DNA from: Diplonema japonicum
Lineage: Eukaryota > Protista > Euglenozoa: Diplonemea
Reading direction: 5' to 3'
Assembly: GCA_964019335.1 (NCBI GenBank)
Contig: OZ025654.1
Span: 434,001-498,000 of the forward strand
DNA length: 64,000 nt
The notes under the pieces were generated by a model. That model saw only the letters and a program-made list of their open reading frames with translations, was not told where the DNA came from and searched no databases. The translations under genes were made by a program, and so were the position numbers. Positions 30,145 to 41,192 of this stretch are shown here, in pieces; the stretch's first letter is position 1, and each line of letters opens with the position of its first letter.

Positions 30145-32140
30145 GACAAGCCCCCCGCTAGAGGGCCGCCCTATGGGAGGGGGGGGTCTATCTGTTAATA
30201 CTCCCCTTCTGGAGCATTGCTTTCATTCCGATTGAGGCCGTGAGCGTCTTGCGGAGTCGTGTGATGCGGTCCCGCTTGTAGTCGGCTTTCAATTCCATTA
30301 GCTTGTCGTGCGTGGAGCGGGTGGCGAAAATTGGCCTCCTGGAGAAACCAATAGCTGCCTTTCCTCCAATGGCGATGAGGGACTTCACTCTTTTTCTCTC
30401 GTCCGCTGGGAAGGGGCGTCGCTTCTTTCGTGCCCTGCATGCTGTGTTTATCTTTACGATGAGAGCTTTGATTCTGCGCGCCCTATCTTCCAGCAGGCCT
30501 CCCAAAGACTTTCCGGTCGTCCATTCGAAGTCAATGGCCAGTTCCACCGCCGACACCTCCGAGGTGGTGTCCTTCTCCACCCAGCGCAGTTGTGACAACC
30601 ATTGTAGCAGCGGGTTCAGGTACTGGGACAGGACCCCGCTCACTCCTTCGAGCTCGCCAGCTATCGGAACGGGGCATTTCTTACCTACCACATTTCGAAT
30701 CCACGGTAGCGGCTGTGTGTTGACATCCTCCTTCTGCATGAGCTCTACGTCTCGTTTCTCAACCACCACGGCTAAGTATCGTTGCAGCTTCTCTAGGTAC
30801 GCAAAGTCATGTCCTCTCGGCAGAATCGCGTGCAATTCCAGACATAGGGGCCATCCTGTCCTGTTGCGCAGTGGTTCCAAGCCGTCCTGTGCTAGCTCTT
30901 CCTGTGCGCAGGCGCACTCGTAGAGTTGGTGGCGGAGTAGGGTTACCGTGTCCGGGTACGGTGATTCACACAGGTCGCACCTGAACCCTTGTGTGCGTGA
31001 TACTGTCGTTGTTGGGACTTGGCTTATGCTCTCTTCGACTTCTTCGGTGCCGTCACCTTCTGGTGCCAGGGGGACGCTTCTTTGATTCGTTCCTGCATGC
31101 GGGCTAAGGTAGGGGACCCCTCCGGTGATAACCCGTCTCAGGCAGTAGGATATGAGCGGGTCTTTGGCTGTTTTCCATAGTTGGTTGGTTTTGGGATCCG
31201 CTCCCGCCTCCATCCCTCTCACTGTGTTCCTCTCGTTCGCCAGCGACCTGCTCCGGGCTTTCCTCACCGCGTCCCTAAAGACGTGTCCGCGTTCGGCCCA
31301 GGGTTTGTTCCCACAGTCTAGCAATTGCGCCCAGCTCCATCCTATATAGGGGAGCCACCGACAGACCAGGTTGCCTACTGGTCCCATCGGGGTGGACCCC
31401 GTGCCGTACCCCGCAGCGATCCGCATGCATCTCTGTCGTAGTCGTTCGTCGTCGAGCGCTCCGGACACCACCTTCAGGGAGTGGTATATCACATAGGAGA
31501 GGGGATCGTTAGTGTGCCCCTTCAAGAGGACTGTGTTCACTGCGGTAGGAGAGCGTCCACGGTGGTGAGGGCCCCATAGGTTGCATGTTACCCTTGTCGA
31601 CAATTTCTTGAGCGTCTCGTCACATGGGGGGGAGAACGGTCCGCTGTAGAGGCATGACGGAAGAATCGTCGTGCTGACCAGGTGTGCTTTCGTCTCGAAG
31701 GCTAACCTCGTGCAACCCAGCCGGTCTAGCGAGTCAAGCGCATTCGCGGTCGGTTTGTTCCATTTCGTCCCTGTCCTGCGCGTGTTGATTTTCACGCCAA
31801 GCCTTCGAGGTCCGACACCGTCTTGTATGGTACAGGTACTTCCGAGCCTTTCTTCATCGCCGTTCGGTCTCCCACGACTCTCGACTTGAACCCTTCCGCG
31901 GTGCCAAAGCCCACCGTCTTTTCCTCGTTGACCTGCATCCCCGTCAGGTCGCAAAACTCTGGAGTCCCTTCGACCGCTGCCTGCAGTGATTCCCGCAGCT
32001 TCGCTAACAGATAGGCGTCGTCGGCATATGCTAGCACCTCGGCGTCCGGCGCTACCTGCTCGACGGCCCGTATCATGATGGACAGCAAGGCGTTGATGAT
32101 GATGACCGACAGCGGGCACCCCTGGAGGATACCGTTCGTA
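30145..32140 (-). mobile_element. 5'-truncated, frameshifted non-LTR retrotransposon (RT C-terminal half plus Cys/His motif)
   Basis: TNGILQGCPLS...LAYADDAYL...GMQVNEEKT in one frame; shifts near 31800 into ORF 30188-32326 (LGVKI...CDLC...RHQLYEC); GC-rich stem-loop after the stop. Confidence 0.9.
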
Positions 32141-32431
32141 AAAAAAGATAAAAGAGTGATTTTTTTTTTTTTTTTTTTTAAATTCCACCTCCTCTTGGTC
32201 TAGCCAGACCGACCCCACCCAGCTGGGCTGTGTGGAGCCAACGGAAGTGTGTTGAGACGTTCGTGCTTTCGTGTCGGCCTGTGTTATTGTTCTTGCACCT
32301 TTGTGACATGGGTATTCTCTTTCCACTGTTGGCTAATGGCTTTTTTTTTTTTTTTTTTTTTTTTTTCTGTTGATGCTCATGGGGGAAGAGGGTTGTTGGG
32401 GTTTATGTTATTTTTTCTTTCTTTCCTTTTT

Positions 32432-32462
<31 letters not shown>

Positions 32463-32559
32463 CTATTTGTTTACACTTGTCTCTCATTTAAGGGCACCTG
32501 CGGTATGTGGCAGAAGCCTGAAGAGTCTCAACCTGTCTCTTGATCGAAGAAAACAAGGA

Positions 32560-33400
32560 AAATGCTGCACATCTCTAAAACCCTGTCAAGAGCCCCTACT
32601 TGCAGTAGCACTGCAAAGGTGGGCTTTGTCATGTTTTCTTTTTTTTGGAGAGAGTCCTAACTTGACCCCTAAGTTTTCGAAGTGTTCAAATATGAGTTTT
32701 TCTGAAGACTTGGGGTGCTACGGAGACTTAGGAAACCTTGGGTACCGGATCAGAAACTTTTCCCTCTTGAACATTGCTCAAACTAAGGGGGTGGGTTTTG
32801 AACATTTCTCTGAACTTAGGGGTCAAGTTAGCAGTTTTCTCTTTTTTTTTTTTTAGTAATATGCACTTATCCATGCTGCATGCATGCTTGAGATAAAAAA
32901 AAGGCGGTATTCAAGAGTACCATCCTTTTATGAGTTGAAGGAGGCCTTTTGAGAGGCGCTCCTTTGTTCTGCATCTGTCCAGAAGGTTATTAGTAGCGAT
33001 GGGGAGAAGAGAAGGGGTGATGGGGATAAAAAGGAAAAAGAGTCGGCGATTCTAGCGGCACGTACAAACAACGGCAAGTTTCTCTTAAAAAGAAAAGGTG
33101 GTGCTGCATATCTCTAAAACCCTGTCAAGACATCTCTACCCTACTTGCAGAAGCACTGCAAAGGTGAGGTCTTCACGGTTCTTTTAGAAATATTTTAACG
33201 TTTTCGTTATCCACGCTGCATGCATGTCTGAGATAAAAAAGGTGGTACTCCATGAGAGTACCATCCCTTACATGAGTTGAAGGAGGTCTTTGGACGCTCC
33301 TTCGTTCTCATCCACTACTGCATCTGTAGTAGCATATTATGATCGAGAGAAAGGGGGGGAAAAGAAAGGAAAAAAAAAAGGGAAAAGGGTCGGCATTTGT
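32560..33400. repeat. Degenerate tandem duplication containing repeat family E (atccatgctgcatgcatg...gagataaaaaa...atgagttgaaggagg)
   Basis: gctgca.atctctaaaaccctgtcaaga...cctacttgcag at ~32563 and ~33103. E motif at 32869, 33209, 28462, with partial copies at 33585, 18570, 25060, 35973, 63926. Confidence 0.75.
32657..32831. mobile_element. MITE-like element of ~175 bp with 19-bp perfect TIRs
   Basis: CTAACTTGACCCCTAAGTT at 32657-32675 and its exact reverse complement at 32813-32831, extending imperfectly to ~34 bp; absent from the neighbouring tandem copy at 33100-33300. Confidence 0.75.
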
Positions 33401-33786
33401 ACAAAGCCGAACCTGCCAAACAAGCCAATATCCTGTCAAGTGCCCCTACCTTGATGCGCGGAACATTGCTATTTCTTTTTTTTTTCAATAGCAGTGGTAC
33501 CCAGAGGACGATGGGGCGGCTTACACTAAACCTTTTTTTCTTTCTTTATGTTTTTTGATTGACGTGTCTTAAAAGATGCACTTACCATGTTGCATGCCTG
33601 AGATAAAAAAAGGATGCAGTGTATAGAGGTCACTGAGACACTCCATTGTTCTTATCCCGCACCCAAACCATCTAAATTAAGAACAACCCACAAAGTGGGG
33701 GGTGCGACTGCAGTTATGCGGAATCTTACTAATAAATAGCTCATTGCGCTGCTTTAACTGGTTTTTAGTGCTAATAATATTGTTAA

Positions 33787-35929
33787 CCATTAAAGGACGA
33801 AGCGCTAGATATCTAGCGATCAAAAAATTAAAATTTTTGTATAGGCATTTTAAGTACCATAGACCCTTACCCTTGCACAGAATGACCTAGTTCCGCGATT
33901 TCTTTTCCATCGAAAATCACTTTTGGCCCCTAGATTAACCTCCAAAAACACCCTCGAAACCAGTTTTTGGTGGCACGAAAGCTCATATGAGCAGTACTGA
34001 TTCAAACGAGTTCGGGAGTGCCTAAGGGGACATTCTCACTGACGATGGGACCTCACCTAGCGCCAGTAGTGACGAGAAGAGTGAAAATATGCCCTGGGAG
34101 AGCGATATTACGCAGGTTACGCGTAAGAAGTTACCCTTTTCCCACATGAGTGCATCAAGGATTTCCAAGCTGTTCATCTCAATGGGGTTTGTGAAATCTC
34201 TTTGCACCGTTTGCAAGTACCACAACCCCGACTTTGACTTCACTGTGGACGATATCTATCAGTTTCTGGCCTTGTGGGTGCTCATGGACATCATCCGCAA
34301 GGCTGGCATAAAAGATTACTGGCCGACCATTTGTGCCCTCGCCACCTTTTTTTGGCAAGTGTAATGAAACGTTACTGCTTTTTGCGCTTACAGCGGTCGT
34401 TGCATTTTGGAGGGGTGAAGAGACAGACAGGTTGCAAAAAATAAGATTCTTGCTCCCCTACCTGTCTGCAACACTATTCCCCCGGAGAATCGATCATTGA
34501 TGAGAGTATGATCAAGTATCGCTTCAGAGTATTCCAGCCTGCAAAGAGGACAGGTGAGGCTGTGCACCGGACAGGATCTGACACAGGGTCGTGTTCAACT
34601 TGTCGATCTACTGTCCGCAGTGCTAATACCATTGTAAAAGCGTTGAAAAAGCAATCAAACACAGCACTGTGGACCCCGATGTGAGGTATCTCAGCACTTG
34701 GCATATTACCTTCCCATTTGGTGAAGGATCGAGGTCATTGTAGGGGGGTGCTGGTGTTTGGGAGCCCTGACTCGCGTACAGGATTGGCGTACCACGTGAT
34801 CACTGCAGAAGCACCAATGCTTATGATGCCAAAAAAGGACAACATGGCGACCAGAATGTCTCGGCGGCGGAGCTCTGCTTCGAGCTTCTTGTCCTGCAGC
34901 TCGAGCGCGACAATGAAAGCTCTTACAACGTTCTCCCGTATCTCCTGCGGTGCCTTCAATGGCGTCTTGCTTGACATGAAGTGAACGTCGTGCTCAGTCT
35001 GAAAGCGCACCCCATGTGACTTGTCGATGCCACTATTCGTGTCCACCTGGTGGATGGCTCGGCATCGGTAGCGTTCCCCTTGTACCCCGGCATCGATAAC
35101 TTCTATACTGGCGTTACCCTTGTACAACAGATGTGGGAATCGGGTTTGTGGTGGAAACAATCCGAGGAAAGTCCAGTCAATGGTGGTAACAATCCGAAGA
35201 AAACCGCCAGAATGTACCTAATCTTGCCCCAGTGAAGAAGCAAGTAGGCCCAGGCAGGCCCAAAAACGGGTTAGCGACAACAGCTTTTCGACTGTTATGC
35301 GCCAGTCCGGAAACAACCGCCCAGCAAGCACCCGTTCTGAAATGGGGACCGAGGGGCCCAGGGAAGATGCCAGGCGCGACTTCACTGGTCCAAAAAACTG
35401 GATGCAGCAAGACAATGCACACACCACATGCGTGTTTTGGGGGTCCGGGTGCAAACTATCTTCATCTGCAAGGCTTGTAACGTGCATCTGTGCCCAGCTT
35501 GCTTTGCGGACTATCACGAACCAGTGGTTTACCCACCCCAATCTACCCCCTCTGGAGGCCCGGCTACACCGAAGGAACGCCCAAGGTACCAGCGTCTCCA
35601 AACACATACCCTTCTCCCCAGGTCGTCATCTGAGCCAAGTCCCAAAAGCAAAACCCCCCCTAGCACTCCGAGGCCCAAGCGAAAAAAGTAAGGAAGTGTC
35701 TAACCTATGGGTGGGGTTTTACAATAAATTTCACTTCAATTCCTTATTCTATTCACTTCCCAGGGCCTTTGAGGGGCGTCTGGGGGTGTTTTTTGTCCCT
35801 CCTGGGTGATGTATTTTCTTTTACACAAGCGTCGTTCTATGGTTGCATGCTCGAGGATGTTTTAATTTTAGAAAATAAAAAAGTCGATGGTGACCTTTTT
35901 TTTGCCCAAAAACCCCCGTCCTTTAATGG
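33787..35929 (+). mobile_element. piggyBac-family DNA transposon with decayed transposase
   Basis: TTAA|CCATTAAAGGACG (33783-33799) ... CGTCCTTTAATGG|TTAA (35917-35933). Plus-strand remnants DIYQFLALWVLMDIIRKAGIKDYW, IDESMIKY and C-terminal CKACNVHLCPACFADYH. Confidence 0.92.
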
Positions 35930-36003
35930 TTAAAATGAAATATAATTCGGAATTTTTAAAAATAAAGGAAACAAGGAGGTCTTTGAACAAAAAGAAATCA
36001 CTT

Positions 36004-39000
36004 TCACATTCTTACGTCTGCCCTCACGAACTCGTAGGTGATGCTGCCAGTGATGTTGACCTGGGTTCGGAGCATCCTTGTGGTCTGGTGTTGGTAGCCC
36101 AAGTTAGAGAAGTGCTGTACCGGGAAGGGGTAGCGCCTCACACAGCACCACCCGGCGTCCTCGCCCATCCTCTCCACCTCCCACTGGCTGTATGGGTACT
36201 TCGTCCCCTTCGTCGTGATGTGGACCTTGGTGTGTGCCCCTGTGAAGGGCTGTTTTAGCAGGTTCGAGAAGATGTCCTTGAGCAGCTTCCTGTTCGAGGC
36301 AACGGAGGCCTCCACCATCCCAGGGAGTTGCGTCGCCCCTGTGTGCGGGAAGTTGAACACGACGTAGTCCACAGCCCCGGCCACCTCGACCTGTCGGTGA
36401 ACCGCACGGTTTGTGAAGTCGGCCCCATTCCTTGCGCACTTGCATCCCTTGAGGGCCAGCTCGGTCATCGCCACCGCGTCCTCCTCCTTCGGGTCCAGCG
36501 TGCTCGTCGTGATGTCTATCGGGTTGACCATCTTGCACAGGGCCAGCGAAAAGGAGAAGTTCCCGTCCCCAATAACCAGCACCTTGTCCCCTGGCTGGTA
36601 GGGATGCGTCTCCGACACGGTTCCCGACCCTCCCCCGATGCTGAAGAACGGTCGTGCCTTTGTCGAAAGCCCTTCCGCCACAAACACTTCGTCGTAGTGT
36701 CTCATGTCGAACGCCTTTGACGTCAGCCCCACCAGCACCGCTATCTTCCTCACCTCTGCTGTCCCTGTCTCTACCACAACCTCGACAATCGAGGACGAGG
36801 AAGATTGCTTTCTCACACACACCGTTGCAGAAGGATACCTCCTCCTGGCCTCAGCCACTGCAAGCTTCCTCGCCGCTGCCTCGTCCTCAACCGCCCGCTG
36901 CACGGGGGACGACAACGACGCCACCGCACCCGCCGATGCGTACTTGTCACCGATGAGGGTGGACACCCTCAGGCATTCTGACAGCAGGCCGTTCCTCGTC
37001 CGCAGCAGCTCGGTCACAAGTTTGTACGGGAGGTCAACCACCCTCGACCCCGGGTGGGCCTCGTAGATGTCGCAAGGGGTCGTCACAGCTTCCTCAACAT
37101 CGCACACGAGGAGCCCTCTGTTCGGTGCCACGAAGAGTGTCTTCTCGCTCCACTCATCCAGCACGGGGAGCACCTTCGCCGCCGCCTGCTCCTCCACAGA
37201 CATGTCCTTCCAACGCTTGTTCACCTCCACGAGGACGGAGCGCAGCTCATCTGATACACTCGCACCACTGCCGCTCCCACCACTACCCTGTACGCGCTTC
37301 ACACGCTGCTCCACTGCTTCCTCCTCCGTCACGTTCAGAACCTTCGTGAAGAAGTAGTGCAGCCCTTCGTACACCTCCTCCAACCCGTCCCGCCAGAACA
37401 GCTCCTTGTCAGTCCCCTTCCGCCACTTGTTCGCCAGCTTCGGGTGGTAGACGAGCACCTCCCTGCTCCGACACGCCACTTCTTCCCGCACAACCGTCTC
37501 CCTGTCCATGAAAGCATACAGCAGCCTGCACTTCTGCGACATCTCGTCAATCCTTTCCTCCTCCTTGTCTTCTCCCGCCTTCAGGTCTCGAAGCACCTCC
37601 ATCACGTCGTCTGCGCACGGCCGCCTCACCATCCCGACCGCCTCGAACAAGGCCTCGTTCTTCACCTCCTGCTCCAGTGTCGGGACACACCCCTTCAGCC
37701 CTTCCTCCCGAAGGAACACCTTCGTCACCCGCACCAGCCCGTTGTGCTTCGTCCTCACCAATTTCCCCTTCAATGCCAGTCCCCACCCACAGCGCAGCGT
37801 CGCCACGTATTGGCCCCAGTGCTCGTCTAGATAGCACAGCAAGCAACTGATATCCTTCCCGAGCCCCGCACTCGTCACCCACGGGTCCAGCTCCCCCTGA
37901 ACCACGCGCAGAGACCTCGGTACGCCGATCTCTCCCTTCACGATCGCCACATCCTCCTCCGCGTACTCTTCAGAGACCAGCACCTTGCTGCCCCTCGACC
38001 CCAGCACCTCCATCAGCTTCCTGCCGCAGTACAGGCGGTCCGCACAAGCGTATTCCCCCGCAACCGTCCTCAGCTTCACAGCCCTTCCCAGGATCTCCAA
38101 CACCGTGTCCCTTTCCTCCTTGCTGTGCCTCCTGCTCAGCAGCCTCTGCCGCAGGGAGAGGTACATGTCGAACGAGTTCTCGTCGGAAGTTGCCTTGAGC
38201 TCTGCCATCATTTGCGCCACCAGCTCCTCCGTGGCGTTCAGCTGCATCTCACGCGTGCTCTTCGAGTTCGGTGTTTCGAGCATTCCCAGGTCCTGCACCA
38301 GGAACTGTCGCTCTCCCTTCCCGAGCAGTGAAGCGAAGTCTTTTCTCAGAGACCCCTTACTCTCTCCTTCCAAACACAGCTTGGGTGCCTCTCGAAGCGG
38401 TTCGTCGTCTCCTTTTTCGCCGCCCTTCACCCCACTGCAGCAGGGCCAGATCGCCATCCCTGCAACCGTTCCCATGTTCCTCCCGCTCTCCATGAGGGCG
38501 TGCAACAGCAGCAGGAAGAAGTCTCCACCCTTCTTTGCGTACAGCTGAGGAGTCTTCTCCACCCAGTGGACCACCTTCCCAACGCCCCACTCCTCCATCC
38601 CGAGCCTCCGAAGCACATAAGGAGGGACCGCCTCCATGTTCCTCACGGCCGCCTGCACCCCGTGAAGCTCTTGCAGAAGCAGCCTCATTGCTGTCGTCGT
38701 CGTCGTCGTCATCGTCATCTTCGTCTTCGTCGCCTTCGTTAGCTCCTGCGCGTAGACCACAGAACCCGGTTCCGCAAGGCCGCCCCCAGACACCTCCACG
38801 CACCTCAGCTTCGCCACCTGCGCATACAGCTCCTCAACGAAGGGCACAAAAAAGGGATCGGTCGTCTTCGTTGGAAGGTAGGCTACCGTCGGGACGTCCC
38901 CGAGCCCACTCATCACCTCCGAAGACACCAGCGCCCCGCACACCGCCTCCACCAGGTGCCCACGCAGCTGCACGTTCCAGTCTTCGTTCTCGTGGAACTC

Positions 39001-41110
39001 GCTTCGGTTCGCCGTCAGGAGCAGGTCCATGTTTACAACAAAGGGGAACCCGACGTCCCGAACCGGGAGGTAGTTGTACACCTTGAAGGTCTCAAGGTCC
39101 GAGGAAGCATTCGGGTGGCTCTCCGGAAAGGCAAGAAGGATGCTGCTCGACCCTTGGTGGAGGCGTGTCTCGCTCTTGTGCCCCTTCATCTCGTACCTCT
39201 TGCTGAACACACAGAACCTCTTTGTCAGGAGCACCGTTTTCTTTTGAGTGTCTTCGATCCTCTCTTCCACAGAGCACGTTCGTACTGTATCCTTCTCTGT
39301 TTTCTTTTTGCTTCCTCCTTGATCATTTTCTTCTTCTTCTTCTTCTTCTTCTTCCTTCTTCTTCTTTTTCCTCGCGGGTTCAGTTCCATCGCAAGACCAG
39401 ATTGAGACAACTCCTGTCGCAGCCCTCACTCGAATCTCCTTGATCTTCCTGAAGAACATGAGGCACAACGGGTCGACACAGAGCTCCGTCACCTGTGCCC
39501 CCTCGCACCAGGGGAGCCGGACCGCCGTCGTCATCCTTGACCGTTCCACCCTCTCCACCAAGGCCTTTTCTTCCGCCTCTCCCAGCTGCTTTGGATAGAT
39601 GTAGCCGATGACGTCCTCCTTGTCAAACTTGAATCGGAAGGCGCCGCTGACCACCATCGGCGTGTCGCTCACCCTGAAGACCGACTTGAACCCGATCCCC
39701 TTCTCCCCGATATACCCGAACTTATGCTTCTTCGTGCTCCTCCCGACATCACACAAGGCACGGAAGTTCGCCTCCTCCATCCCCACCTCGTTGCAGAGGA
39801 ACGTCCCCGCCTCCTCTCCGAAGTCCATCTCCACTCGGGGAACCACCGCCTTCCCGTACTGGTTATCGTCGAAGTTTTGAAGCAGCTCAGCGATGAAGTG
39901 GTCGTCTCGCGCCACCGTGTCCCTCGCCAGCAGCGACAGGCTCCGGTTCAGCATCTCGTACGTCCTCAGAAGCGCCCTGTCCGCCTCAGCGTTTCGGTTT
40001 GCTCCGCTCGGCCGCTTCTCTTCCTGCACCTTCGCCAGTATTCTGCGTCCTTCCTCCACTGCTGCTCCCTTTGTTGTTGTTGTTGTTGTTGTTGTTATCG
40101 CTTCTCCACCCGCCACTTCATCTTCTTCTTCCTCCGACTCGCTGCTTTCCGCAGGGAACTCTTCTTCTTCTGCCTCCTCCTCCCCCACGAGTTCTTCCCA
40201 CAGCCTCTTCGCACAAGTGATCTGCTCCAGGTCCAGCTTCCTGGCGGCGTCGAAGGTGTTGGGGCTCGCTCGATGCGGCATCGACCTGTGCATCGCGAAC
40301 AGAACCATGAGCAAGCTCCTCTCACTCGTCGATGAGACCCCCTTCGCAGAGCACACATGCTTCGCCGTCTCGTACAGGTGGTTGTGCAGCCGAGGGGACA
40401 TCGTGTAGATCCACCGCTTGCTGAATCCCCCCGGAATCTCGGGGAGTTCCTCCCTTGTCGATGCCAGGGCCTCCCAGGTCGCTGTCTCGGGGCTGCTGAC
40501 GAGGTCCGCAAGGTACTTGTCCAGGATACAGGCGAACGGGAAGCACCCCTCGTCCGTACTCGGTGCCGTCTTCACGTCGTCCACCTTGCTTGCCAGAAGC
40601 CTGAACATGCTGGTGAACTTAGGGTATGCATGAAGTACCTTAAACTCTACCTTGAACCTCGACCGGATGTCGTCGCGGCTACTCGCGTATATGGACCTCA
40701 GGTACTTCTGAACCCGCTCAGAGACTGTCTTCACCTTTTCTTTTTCCCCTCCTCTTCCTTCTTCCTTCACACAGCAAGAGACCCACTCTGCCCCGAACTG
40801 CACCTGGATCTTGTGTTTTATGATGGAAAGGAGGCTCTCCCGCATGTCGCTCACGCCGTCTCCAGCAGCAGTGTCGACGAGGTGTTTCGCAGCCTCCTCC
40901 AGGTCTCCTCCTTGCCACATAAACCTGTCGAAACCGTTCCACGAGCTGCTGGTCGCTGTGTCCACGTGTGCCTGCTTCCAGTAGCCGTCCAGACACCGCT
41001 CCGCTGTGCACCCCGTTACAAGCAAGCAGGTGACCACTCGCTCACGGAGCACATTCTCCACGCATGTAAACAGATCCGGCGAGCTGTTCCTCAAGAACAC
41101 CACAAGCCTC

Positions 41111-41192
<82 letters not shown>

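Noticed and set aside
30130-30150. Spliced-leader-like CTGTACTTTG on the minus strand (also AGTTTCTGT in repeat A)
   Set aside because: Match too short; no full 39-nt exon, GT donor or Sm site recognisable.
32140-32326. N-terminus of ORF 30188-32326 as part of the retroelement protein
   Set aside because: It crosses a homopolymer tract, and the RT motifs lie in a different frame; the element is truncated near 32140.
34735-35160. 141-aa minus-strand ORF as a host gene
   Set aside because: Lies within the piggyBac TIRs, antisense to the transposase remnants, with no recognisable motifs.
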